The translations under genes were made by a program, and so were the position numbers. A stretch of 64,000 bases of DNA, taken from the NCBI GenBank assembly GCA_017476605.1, contig JAFUZM010000088.1, forward strand, positions 112 to 64,111, given 5' to 3'. Positions 24,891 to 33,042 of the stretch are shown here, one piece after another (the first letter of the stretch is position 1; every line of letters begins with the position of its first letter). Source of the DNA: Clostridia bacterium (GTDB taxonomy: Bacteria > Bacillota > Clostridia > Christensenellales > Aristaeellaceae). The notes beneath the pieces are model-generated. The model did not search any database, was not told where the DNA came from, and saw only the letters and a program-made list of their open reading frames with translations.

Positions 24891-24903
24891 CCTTCCTTCA
24901 CGA

Positions 24904-25194
24904 TTAGAAATGACGACCAGCGCCGCCGCCACGAGAATGGCCACCGCCAAAGCCACCCATGTGACCGCCGCCGAAACCACCCATACGACCACCACCAAAG
25001 CCGCCCATGTGGCCAAAACCACCCATGGGTCCAAAGCTACCAAAATTGCCGTGATAGAAATTGTGGGGATGATGATAGTGCGGATGGTCATACATGTGAA
25101 TACCGAAGAACGGATCACGGTAGAATGTCCTTCTCCTCGGACGATCATTGAAAACAGCACACAGAATCAAAAACAATACGATAATGCTCAACAT
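24904..25194 (-). CDS. 96-aa single-pass membrane mini-protein, His/Gly/Met-rich (putative metal-binding)
   Basis: ATG 25194 lies 8 nt after AGGAGG. The track's GTG 25212 would place the SD inside the ORF. The protein is MLSIIVLFLILCAVF (TM), then HMYDHPHYHHPHNFYH, then MGGFGH/MGGFGGGR/MGGFGGGH/MGGFGGGH repeats, with 11 His in total. A riboswitch lies upstream and a terminator downstream on the same strand. The overlapping ORFs 24771..25151(+), 24859..25200(+) and 24876..25160(-) are repeat shadows. Confidence 0.6.
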   Translation of the reverse strand: MLSIIVLFLILCAVFNDRPRRRTFYRDPFFGIHMYDHPHYHHPHNFYHGNFGSFGPMGGFGHMGGFGGGRMGGFGGGHMGGFGGGHSRGGGAGRHF

Positions 25195-25254
25195 TTGTAG
25201 TTCCTCCTTCACTTAAGTCATTTTGTGGGGTTCCTGTACAAATGAATGATCTGA

Positions 25255-25299
25255 ATACAAAAAAGACTTGTACCATGATCACTCATGTACAAGTCTTGC
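25255..25299 (-). terminator. Intrinsic terminator serving as the riboswitch expression platform
   Basis: Minus strand reads AAGACUUGUAC-N13-GUACAAGUCUU followed by UUUUUGUAUU. The 5' arm overlaps the aptamer's GCAAGAC loop and the 3' strand of P1. Confidence 0.65.
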
Positions 25300-25378
25300 C
25301 TTCTCATTTGAACCGGATGTTTTCACATCGGCTGACGGTGTCAAATCCACCTTTCGGTGATTGGCTACTCCCCTGTCA
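25289..25378 (-). promoter_or_regulatory. yybP-ykoY family (Mn2+) riboswitch aptamer
   Basis: Minus strand reads GACAGGGGAGUAGCCAAUCACCGAAAGGUGGAUUUGACACCGUCAGCCGAUGUGAAAACAUCCGGUUCAAAUGAGAAGGCAAGACUUGU. It carries the hallmark GGGGAGUAGC, UUGACA and GCAAGAC motifs, a closing helix ACAGG/CUUGU, and GAAA-capped hairpins. Compared from memory with the L. lactis Mn2+ riboswitch (AAAGGGGAGUAGC...UUGACA...AGCAAGACCUUU). Confidence 0.65.
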
Positions 25379-25385
25379 CGATGTA

Positions 25386-25414
25386 ATGATATTCCTTTTT
25401 CACATCCTTGTCAA
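25386..25414 (-). promoter_or_regulatory. Sigma-A promoter of the riboswitch transcript
   Basis: Minus strand reads TTGACA-17 nt-TATCAT, about 10 nt upstream of the aptamer. Confidence 0.6.
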
Positions 25415-25475
25415 TATGTTTTTTGAAAAAAATTCAGTAAAATGGAAAAATTTGCATCCGAGCAACGATCACCGT

Positions 25476-27008
25476 TCAGTTCCAAAGCTCAACGGCTTCG
25501 TCTATCCATTCTTTTTGCTGCCTGAGAAACGCAATATCATAGTCTACCTCATCCTGAACAGGCTGCGACCATGTTCCCCACCTCAGGTCATTCATCTTTC
25601 TGCTTTTCTCAATCGCTTCCCCATGCTGCTCAAGCAATGAAAGCAGATCCGAGGTCAGAGATTCGCAAATGGAGGAGGTTACAGACTGCCAGCGCGTTTT
25701 ATATGCCTGCCGGAAGACAGCGGTATCAAACAGCTGAGCATAGTATCTTGAGGTATCCAGATGAGGACGACTCCATCCCGGAACATCTGGCATCCAGGTC
25801 CTTGAAGCGCCAAGCACTGCATCAAAATCCCACATGGGTCCAATCGTGATTTTGTTGTCTGTGCCGACAGCCTGGCGCAGGTGTTTAATGGAATAGTACA
25901 TATTGCTCCCTGTTACGTCTCCCTGTCTCAGAATATCCTGAACAATGATCCAGTTGACAAAGGAATCAATGTCAAGCATTTCCCATACAGATTCGTCTCT
26001 GCCTTCGATCCTGCCCGTAAAATCATCAATGAGTTGTGTCAGTGTTTGAAATCGCATATCCTGAGCATTTGTAATATCCGGATACTTTACGGTAAACGCA
26101 ACGGCATAATCCTGACCGGGCGCTCTGTGATATAGCTCCTCACTCCACCAGTACAAATCATTTTCGAAAATGGATCCGTCATACCCGATATTGACCCTGT
26201 TCTCTGCGCGGCTGACCGTTTCTGAAAGGTAATAAATCCCCTTCCAGTCATCATTCAGGATGACGTTTACCAGCGTGCACGCGGGCGAGTAATCAAGTTC
26301 GATCAGGTTTGAAAGAAGATTTCCTACGTAGAGATTGAGATTTCCTCCGCAGTTCAGGAGAACCCATTCTTTATTCGCATGGGATTTGCCCCGCCCAAGC
26401 AAGTCCTCCTTGTCTTTGAGGTTCAATTTGTAGGAAACCTTTTCTTTGGATGTTGAACTTGTATTTCCGCGAATCCGAATCTCGGATCGAAGCGTAACGG
26501 ATGGTCTGTCGGGAAAATCAAGAACGACGACTGCCTTTTCGAGGGAATGATCAATCGTCGTCATTCCACGGGCATTTTCCGGCGCTGCAAGAAAATTGCA
26601 GGTAGGCTCCTCGCCGGAAAGTGTCGTAATCCGCACCACCGGCAGATCCGGGAGGGCCTCGGCATCATACAGATACAGTTCTTTATGAATGTCCTGCGTA
26701 TTGCCGCTGGCATATTCAATTTGTGCGTCTACAAGGTATGTTTTGTTGAGTTCACCGGCAAATGTCCACATCCGTTCATTCCGATCAAGCACATGCTGCG
26801 TGACTTGCCCGTCATCATCTATCTGCAGAGTGACACGATCAATCACGTTTTCAATATTTCCGGTCAACTCCGCAATAATCGTGTCATGGTCACGCCCGAT
26901 TCGCAGATCCCCGTCGTCACCATTTCCGTATCCAAAATACAGAGCAAGCATCATTCCGGCAGAAAGAAGGAAAAAGCATAGCTGTATCCACTTTTTTATG
27001 TTTCCCAC
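25476..27008 (-). CDS. CotH kinase family protein (membrane-anchored, extracytoplasmic)
   Basis: 510 aa with an N-terminal anchor WIQLCFFLLSAGMMLALYF. CotH-like blocks: KVSYKLNLKD, KEWVLLNCGGNLNLYVGNLLSN, WKGIYYLSETVSRAENRVNI, MYYSIKH...GPMWDFDAVLG. GTG start next to GGAAGGGAG. Confidence 0.75.
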   Translation of the reverse strand: MGNIKKWIQLCFFLLSAGMMLALYFGYGNGDDGDLRIGRDHDTIIAELTGNIENVIDRVTLQIDDDGQVTQHVLDRNERMWTFAGELNKTYLVDAQIEYASGNTQDIHKELYLYDAEALPDLPVVRITTLSGEEPTCNFLAAPENARGMTTIDHSLEKAVVVLDFPDRPSVTLRSEIRIRGNTSSTSKEKVSYKLNLKDKEDLLGRGKSHANKEWVLLNCGGNLNLYVGNLLSNLIELDYSPACTLVNVILNDDWKGIYYLSETVSRAENRVNIGYDGSIFENDLYWWSEELYHRAPGQDYAVAFTVKYPDITNAQDMRFQTLTQLIDDFTGRIEGRDESVWEMLDIDSFVNWIIVQDILRQGDVTGSNMYYSIKHLRQAVGTDNKITIGPMWDFDAVLGASRTWMPDVPGWSRPHLDTSRYYAQLFDTAVFRQAYKTRWQSVTSSICESLTSDLLSLLEQHGEAIEKSRKMNDLRWGTWSQPVQDEVDYDIAFLRQQKEWIDEAVELWN

Positions 27009-27035
27009 ACTCCCTTCCTGGACGTATGCTCTCTG

Positions 27036-27710
27036 TTAGAAGGTGACCTCTCCATCATGGGACAGAAGAGCAGCTGAACAGACGCCAGGCAGATTCATGA
27101 CATCCTTGACCAGTTCTTTCCCGTGATCTGTCCGTACCTCTACTGTCAGGTCAACGGTTGTTGACGTCAGATTTCTCGATTTGACGTTTGAGTATCTGGC
27201 ATAACGCGATACGGTTGACATGACATCTGTTTCGATTTCTGCATTGCTTGCATTGACCACAAGGATCATCGGTGCCTTTGCAATCGGAAGATGAGCCAGT
27301 ACAAACAGACCGATTGTAAGCCCCAGAGACAGGATCATCGCAATCTCTGCAAGACCAGCGCCGCAGATAATTCCGATGGAAATCGACCAGAACAGAAACA
27401 TAAGGTCCATGGGATCCTTGATCGCCGTTCTGAAACGCACAATGGACAGGGCACCAACCATTCCGAGGGAAACAACAACACTTGACTGAACCGTCAGAAT
27501 GATTGCTGCGGTAATCACAGATACGCCCACCAGAGAAAGATTAAAGCTTTTTGAGTAAAATGTCTTTCTGGTCATGAACTGATACAGAAAAAACACATAC
27601 ACGGCCAGCAGGAAGGTGATGGCAATGGTTGAGATGGCCGCTGTGATTCCGATTTCTGTTCCTGACCATCCTTCAAGAAACGATTTTTTAAAAATATCCT
27701 GAAATGACAT
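27036..27710 (-). CDS. DUF4956 domain membrane protein
   Basis: 224 aa, 4-5 TM segments. Characteristic SLGMVGALSIVRFRTAIKDPMDLMFLFWSISIGI block, and a soluble C-terminal alpha/beta domain. Confidence 0.75.
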   Translation of the reverse strand: MSFQDIFKKSFLEGWSGTEIGITAAISTIAITFLLAVYVFFLYQFMTRKTFYSKSFNLSLVGVSVITAAIILTVQSSVVVSLGMVGALSIVRFRTAIKDPMDLMFLFWSISIGIICGAGLAEIAMILSLGLTIGLFVLAHLPIAKAPMILVVNASNAEIETDVMSTVSRYARYSNVKSRNLTSTTVDLTVEVRTDHGKELVKDVMNLPGVCSAALLSHDGEVTF

Positions 27711-27741
27711 AGGTTTTCTCCGATTTCTATGCTTGCTTGCA

Positions 27742-28434
27742 TTACATGCTGTATTTCCGGCAAAGATAATACTTTGAAAAAGTTGTCTGCTGCAATGTGT
27801 TCAGCTGCAGTGCACGATGAATGACATCCGGAAGGTATTCATCGAATTTTACCTCCATCAGCTGCATCCCGGTCGGCAGAACGGGTCGCTTTGTGATCGT
27901 CTCCTCAAAAAAGCGATGCAGCTCTTTTGAGGAGGAGATGGAAGTGTCAAATGTTACCCGAACATTTCCCAAAGGGTACACATAGGGAATCCGATCATAG
28001 TCCACGATAATAACCGGATGCATTCGATTTCCCAGCATATCCGCAATCAGTTCCTGTACCAGTTGGGGACACGCTGACGGGTTTCCCATCTCACCGGAGA
28101 TCAGCTGATCCGCCAGATCTCTGGTCAGTTCACAGGAGAGTTTACGCGTCTTGTTCCTCTCCTTATGCTTTCGTTCCAGATGAATCACGCTGTCTTGGTG
28201 GTTATAGATGCGAATCCGGTATTTGGCCCTTGGATCATGTCCGTTTTCATTTTCATAATAGCACCGGTTGTATTGGTCATCAAAGTATAAGCTCCGAATC
28301 GCATACTGCCCGGATATGGCATGCGGATCAATTTTCATGAGGCCTTGGATCCGCGCTCGCAAGATCGCAATTTCCGCGGAGGAAACCAGATATTTGAGTT
28401 CATGCCTGTATTTTGGATACTCATCTCTCTGCAT
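27742..28434 (-). CDS. VTC-domain (polyphosphate polymerase-like, triphosphate tunnel metalloenzyme fold) protein
   Basis: 230 aa. Tunnel-strand motifs: YRHELKYLV, IRSLYFD, KYRIRIY, LERKHK, VRVTFD, LMEVKFD. Confidence 0.75.
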   Translation of the reverse strand: MQRDEYPKYRHELKYLVSSAEIAILRARIQGLMKIDPHAISGQYAIRSLYFDDQYNRCYYENENGHDPRAKYRIRIYNHQDSVIHLERKHKERNKTRKLSCELTRDLADQLISGEMGNPSACPQLVQELIADMLGNRMHPVIIVDYDRIPYVYPLGNVRVTFDTSISSSKELHRFFEETITKRPVLPTGMQLMEVKFDEYLPDVIHRALQLNTLQQTTFSKYYLCRKYSM

Positions 28435-28440
28435 TTACTG

Positions 28441-30288
28441 TCACCTCACTCCCCTCTTATGTCTGCTGCTTTCGGAAGAAACAGAGCGACAGATCAGGAG
28501 CATCAAAAGCACGAGCATTGCGCCAATGCTCAAGAGTGTAATCTGAACGGATCGGTTTGACAGCATGGATGTTTCCTGTGCATCTTCTGTCTCAGGCTCT
28601 CTTTCAATATGCAATACTGTATCTTTCAGAATCGGGAGGTGCGGATCAAATCGTTCACCGGTTTCGGCGTCTATCCAAACCTGATCATAGGAATCCAGGT
28701 CACGCCCCCAAAGCGTATTCAGGGTCTCTCCCTTTTTTACTGAACAGGTATAGTAATACAAATTGTATGCGTATTCAATTTGTACGGTACAATACTCAGC
28801 CTGATCAATCCAGATTTCATTTAAAAACTTGACCCGGTCTTTTAGGTAATTCAGAACTCTGGTACTGTCAATCTCTTCCTCATCGTCATACCAGCGTATT
28901 TTATTCATCTGGGAGGCTTTGAAAATCCTTTTTTCCACTTCCTCTATCTCGCCATTCAGCATCCGTTCAAGAACCGGCAGAAAGTCCTTCTTATAGACTT
29001 TGATCACCTGGTTATAGAACTGAGGATTGTGATAAAGGTGAGAAAAATAGGGCGTTTCCATCGTCCTGGATTCAGCAAACGTAGCGGCATAAAGCGCACG
29101 AGGATTTGCATTTCTCGTGGCATAGTTTCCATATGCCTGGTCATAATCCCAGGGAGGCCCTGCATAAAATACTTGCCCATTCTCTGTATGTATACAGTAA
29201 AAGTAACTGCTTGCCAGGTCTGCATCCGGATTTGCAGATATTTCCTCAATCAGATATTTCCTTACCCAGGACTCCATGTCGATTGTATCAAAATCATCCG
29301 CCTGAATCGCATCCTCCATCCGGTCAACTTCCTCAAGAATTTGCTTTTTCCGGACTGTAGATGTTTTTGAAGGATCTGAAATCACAAATACTCGTCCGGT
29401 TTTCGTGCGCATTGGTTGCACCAGATCATGCCAGCGGACCTCGGGCTCATTTTTAAAAAGATAGTTTTTGAGGGACAGCTTGCCGTCACTCATGATATTC
29501 AAACGGTTTTTCCCAATTTCTACCTTTTCTGTGAGTAAATACAGGCCATTGTATTCCCCGTTTATATAGAGATCGGCAAACCGGTACCCGGGAGTCCACA
29601 TTCCTACGGCCTGGGCCAGATTGAAAGTGAGGATGTTTCGTAAATTGGTGCTGTCAACCGTATTGGAGATGAGGTTCCATTTTTTGGCAGAGCTCAACCC
29701 AAGAAGCTCATCCTCACTTGAAAACTCCCATGTGTAGGATTTCTTTTCGCTTGCCCACGAAGCCTGCCCACGGCCTTTCAGCGTCCCGATTTTGTCTTTA
29801 AATTCCTGTTCTCCTGAGGAATCTACGACGGTTCCCAGTGTCTTTTCTTTAAAACTCTTGTCGGAATGGATTCGATCCAGTGTCCCGGATTTTGTGTCAA
29901 GAAAGATGGTTGCCGTATTCTCGGATTGTAAAAAGGTGATGGCTGTTTTTTCTGATTCTTCCTTGCCCTGAATCGTTATCTCATACGTTTGATCACAAGC
30001 TAAATCAGATAAATGCTGTTCGTTTGTGAGCAAATGCCCATCAATATAAACGGACGCATTCTTGCTTATTACGGGTTTCAGTTGATCAAAGCGTGCGTAT
30101 GAAGGTAAAAATACATAATACATCTTTCCGTCATCCCACACTTTGATCGGATTCGCATCGCCTGCAGAGGTGGAAAGCAGGAAATAAAACGGGTCTTCCG
30201 CCCATTCCTCATCCTCCAGCCGTTTCGCAATTCCCGCTAAAAGCACAAGAAATATTGCGAGAAAAACCATCCATCCAAATTTTTTCAA
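28441..30288 (-). CDS. CotH kinase family protein with N- and C-terminal membrane anchors
   Basis: 615 aa with an N-terminal anchor FGWMVFLAIFLVLLAGI. CotH blocks: KKSYTWEF, KKWNLISN, LYINGEYNGLYLLTEKVEIGKNRLNI, SYFYCIH...AGPPWDYDQAYG. C-terminal TM segment ITLLSIGAMLVLLMLLI. TTG start (weak RBS), so the exact start is uncertain. Confidence 0.75.
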   Translation of the reverse strand: MKKFGWMVFLAIFLVLLAGIAKRLEDEEWAEDPFYFLLSTSAGDANPIKVWDDGKMYYVFLPSYARFDQLKPVISKNASVYIDGHLLTNEQHLSDLACDQTYEITIQGKEESEKTAITFLQSENTATIFLDTKSGTLDRIHSDKSFKEKTLGTVVDSSGEQEFKDKIGTLKGRGQASWASEKKSYTWEFSSEDELLGLSSAKKWNLISNTVDSTNLRNILTFNLAQAVGMWTPGYRFADLYINGEYNGLYLLTEKVEIGKNRLNIMSDGKLSLKNYLFKNEPEVRWHDLVQPMRTKTGRVFVISDPSKTSTVRKKQILEEVDRMEDAIQADDFDTIDMESWVRKYLIEEISANPDADLASSYFYCIHTENGQVFYAGPPWDYDQAYGNYATRNANPRALYAATFAESRTMETPYFSHLYHNPQFYNQVIKVYKKDFLPVLERMLNGEIEEVEKRIFKASQMNKIRWYDDEEEIDSTRVLNYLKDRVKFLNEIWIDQAEYCTVQIEYAYNLYYYTCSVKKGETLNTLWGRDLDSYDQVWIDAETGERFDPHLPILKDTVLHIEREPETEDAQETSMLSNRSVQITLLSIGAMLVLLMLLICRSVSSESSRHKRGVR

Positions 30289-30752
30289 TGTCTTCTTTAC
30301 TGATCCGGGTATGTACAGGAACAGTCAACCTCCCTATTCATGGCGTTTTATACCGCAAAGAATTCGTTTTAAGAGTTACAGGAAAGACCAAAAAGACGAC
30401 AGAGCAACAGGCAATCACGAAACGTATAATCGGATGCCAGTCGCTGCCAAGTATCTAAAGAAACAACAGCATAAGCGTATTATAGCGCTGCTTAAGGGAA
30501 TCTGTCCATAAGATGCTGGCGAACAAGACACGCCAATAACTGGAAGGTTACAGGTGAAAGAAGGATGATCGCCATGATTATCATATGTGCGCCAGCTTCA
30601 TAAGAGAAGCCGGATCATCAGCAATCTGAACGGCAAAAGTTGACAATCTGGAAACCCTACTTGCAAACAGACAGGAGCCTTGTATAAAATCAGTTTGGAA
30701 ATTACGGAATTCCGTCTTTTAATCAAAACGATTTTGAAAGGAAGAAAAGGTT

Positions 30753-31295
30753 ATGTTAAACATCGTAGGCGCATTGTTTACCGGCGAAAACGAAGCTCGT
30801 GAGGCTCTGGCTGAGCTGTCCAAGGTCCCTTACATCAACGGCACCACCATTTATCAGATTTCACTGGTAAAGCGTAAGGAAGGCGTACTCAAGCTTTGCG
30901 ATAACTTCTCCTCTGAGTATCTCAAATCAGGCGATGCTGTGAAGGGTGGCCTGGTTGGCGGCCTGATCGGCATCCTGAGTGGCCCTGTTGGCCTGCTGCT
31001 GGGCGGCGCTGCTGGCGCAATCCTCGGAAAAGCATCGGATTATGACAACAAGGGCGACAGCGCGGCTCTGATTGAGCAGGCGGCTAAGAAGCTGGAAGAA
31101 GGCGACATTGCCCTGATTGGCCTGGTCGAAGAGGAGAACGAGGCTGTTCTGGACCATGCAATGGTGAAATTCAACACTGTTCCCATCCGTTACAATGCAG
31201 AAACCATCGCCAAAGAGCTTGAAAAGGCCAAGGAGATGGAGAAGGCATTGGCTGAACAGGCTCGTGAGGCTCTGCGCAGCGCCGATAAGCAGTAA
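30753..31295 (+). CDS. DUF1269-like glycine-zipper membrane protein
   Basis: 180 aa. The central GGLVGGLIGILSGPVGLLLGGAAGAILG glycine zipper is flanked by soluble alpha/beta segments. GGAAG...AAAGG lies upstream of the ATG. A TTGCAA-16-TATAAA promoter sits at about 30660-30690. Confidence 0.55.
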   Translation: MLNIVGALFTGENEAREALAELSKVPYINGTTIYQISLVKRKEGVLKLCDNFSSEYLKSGDAVKGGLVGGLIGILSGPVGLLLGGAAGAILGKASDYDNKGDSAALIEQAAKKLEEGDIALIGLVEEENEAVLDHAMVKFNTVPIRYNAETIAKELEKAKEMEKALAEQAREALRSADKQ

Positions 31296-31437
31296 TCAGC
31301 ACGGATGAAATTACGAGAAAGCCGCATGCACCAAGAGAAATGTGCATTGCCTCTTTAAGTAAGCTCGCAAGATCCGTATGAGAGAAACCAGTTTATCGTA
31401 AACCACCGGCAGGACTGAATTCCTGCTCCCTTACAGA

Positions 31438-31471
31438 GGCATCGGAGAGATTCCGGTGCCTTTGTTTTTTT
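31438..31471 (+). terminator. Rho-independent terminator
   Basis: GGCATCGGA-GAGAT-TCCGGTGCC followed by TTTGTTTTTTTAT. It lies about 140 nt after the stop codon, with two further hairpins in between. Confidence 0.6.
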
Positions 31472-31502
31472 ATATTCACGGGCACATGCGGATAAACGGA
31501 GA

Positions 31503-31949
31503 TCATCTGTGAATATACATCCGTGTCATGTCGGGTTCGTCATCGCCTTGAACCATACAAAGGAATTCCCAACCGTAACGCTCATAAAATCCTGTATGAT
31601 CGGTAACCAGATATACTGGCGTGATTCCCTTTGACCTGAGATCTTCCACAGCCATGGTAAGAAGGTTTCCTGCGATGCCTTGCTTTCGATAGGCCGCTTC
31701 CGTATAAACGGCACAGATATTCGGCGATAGATCCTTTCTGTCGTGAAAGTCATTTTCGATAACGCCCAGGCCTCCAACGATCTGATTGTTATTAAGGCAA
31801 AGATACCAACCATATTCCGTCCTTCTATTCAGGTAAGCGTCCATACAGTCCAGATATGCTTCCTCTGGTATCCCCCATTTGCTGTGAAACCAGTTTGCCG
31901 CAGATGCTTTCAGCTCAGGCATCTCTCGTAAATTGATACATCTAAGCAT
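31503..31949 (-). CDS. GNAT family N-acetyltransferase
   Basis: ORF trimmed to ATG 31949 (GGAGGTGGA upstream). YRKQGIAGNLL is the acetyl-CoA binding (Q/R)xxGxG/A motif. About 148 aa. Confidence 0.75.
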   Translation of the reverse strand: MLRCINLREMPELKASAANWFHSKWGIPEEAYLDCMDAYLNRRTEYGWYLCLNNNQIVGGLGVIENDFHDRKDLSPNICAVYTEAAYRKQGIAGNLLTMAVEDLRSKGITPVYLVTDHTGFYERYGWEFLCMVQGDDEPDMTRMYIHR

Positions 31950-32012
31950 GTATCCACCTCCACAAACTGCAATTTTCAGTTCTATTTCTTGTCTCCACAA
32001 ATCCCGATTGTT

Positions 32013-32432
32013 TTACCTGACAACCTCAAATTCTTCGCACACCAGTTCCATCTTTTCATCAAACAGTTGATTTATTGTCTTTAATTCCTCAAAAAAGAAT
32101 TCTCTATGTGCTTTCCTCCAGTATTCCAAGGATCGGTCTCCCTCACCTTCCTTAAAAGCGTGTGTTTCTGAGACGGCATCAAAGGTTGTCACAAATACAT
32201 TTGTTGTTTTTGTAATACAAACTGCGTTTTTCTCAGAATCCAAAATAATATTGTATTCGCCTACTTTCGGAAGGGCTTCATTTTCAAGCCTGTAAAAAAC
32301 AAGCGCCGAACAAGTCGCCGTTTTTTCTCCGGCTCTTACCAATTTTGCAAGTTTATCTGTGTCGCCTCCGAATGACCATGCTGTATGATTGCCAACCAGT
32401 CCGGATTCCTGCCATAGTTCATCAGCAGTCAT
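32013..32432 (-). CDS. ASCH domain protein
   Basis: 139 aa. WSFGG....LA.LV..G.KTAT.S and FKEGEGDRSLEYWRKAHREFF blocks, as I recall them from ASCH/YqfB-like proteins. Confidence 0.65.
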   Translation of the reverse strand: MTADELWQESGLVGNHTAWSFGGDTDKLAKLVRAGEKTATCSALVFYRLENEALPKVGEYNIILDSEKNAVCITKTTNVFVTTFDAVSETHAFKEGEGDRSLEYWRKAHREFFFEELKTINQLFDEKMELVCEEFEVVR

Positions 32433-32601
32433 GGCAAATCAATCCTTCCATATAAACTCTGTTTTACATGAGAGCCGGCACGCCGATGAGACGCATAGGC
32501 TTCTTTCACTATATCACCATTGGAAAAATTCAAAACGTTTTTGGCCCCAATAAAATAACGATGAGACACTTTTACGAAGTATCTTCTACAATGCGGTTGC
32601 T

Positions 32602-32970
32602 TCATTCATTTCCAATACGTTGAATCATATCGTCAATGGCCTTTATAGCAAGCAGGGTATCGTTGTATTTTTGGGTAAGCTCATTAATCTGCTGACGTTG
32701 TTGATCAATTATAGCTTGTTGCTCCTGAATCAATTTGGCGATTTCAGATGTAGGCTCATTTGACGCAGGATCAACGACGGTTCCAAGTTTAGTACGGTTT
32801 CTCTTCCCGTCCGGAGCTTTTTCGACAATTTCATGAGTAACCGGATCGACACGCCCAAGGTAAGTCCGTTTGCTTTTAGTCTTCTTTGTTACAGGATCCC
32901 TATATGATTCTTGTGAGTAGGCATATACGACCCCTGTTTTTTTATTCGTGACATATGCGATAAAAGCCAT
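32602..32970 (-). CDS. Hypothetical protein: basic N-terminal beta-hairpin region plus a Gln-rich coiled coil
   Basis: 122 aa. MAFIAYVTNKKTGVVYAYSQESYRDPVTKKTKSKRTYLGRVDP resembles the N-terminal DNA-binding arm seen at the start of some IS1634-type transposases. No catalytic domain follows. AT-rich locally. Confidence 0.4.
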   Translation of the reverse strand: MAFIAYVTNKKTGVVYAYSQESYRDPVTKKTKSKRTYLGRVDPVTHEIVEKAPDGKRNRTKLGTVVDPASNEPTSEIAKLIQEQQAIIDQQRQQINELTQKYNDTLLAIKAIDDMIQRIGNE

Positions 32971-33042
32971 GATGATACCTCTTTAAGGATATTATATGTT
33001 ACAAACGCTTCAAATTCAATCTGTTTCTGCCAATGAGAGTGA

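Noticed and set aside
24771-25200. Plus-strand ORFs (126 and 113 aa) and a second minus-strand ORF (94 aa) overlapping the His/Gly-rich gene.
   Set aside because: They are shadows of the GC-rich GGN/CAY repeat. None has an SD-ATG. The chosen minus-strand frame has AGGAGG-N8-ATG and a TM helix, lies between a same-strand riboswitch/terminator platform and a downstream terminator, and shows sensible repeat periodicity.
25255-25299. Hairpin with U-tract, first read as the terminator of the CotH operon.
   Set aside because: It lies about 180 nt beyond the CotH stop and downstream of an intervening promoter. Its 5' arm overlaps the conserved 3' part of the Mn2+ riboswitch aptamer. It is better explained as the riboswitch expression platform, although it would also stop any read-through from the CotH operon.
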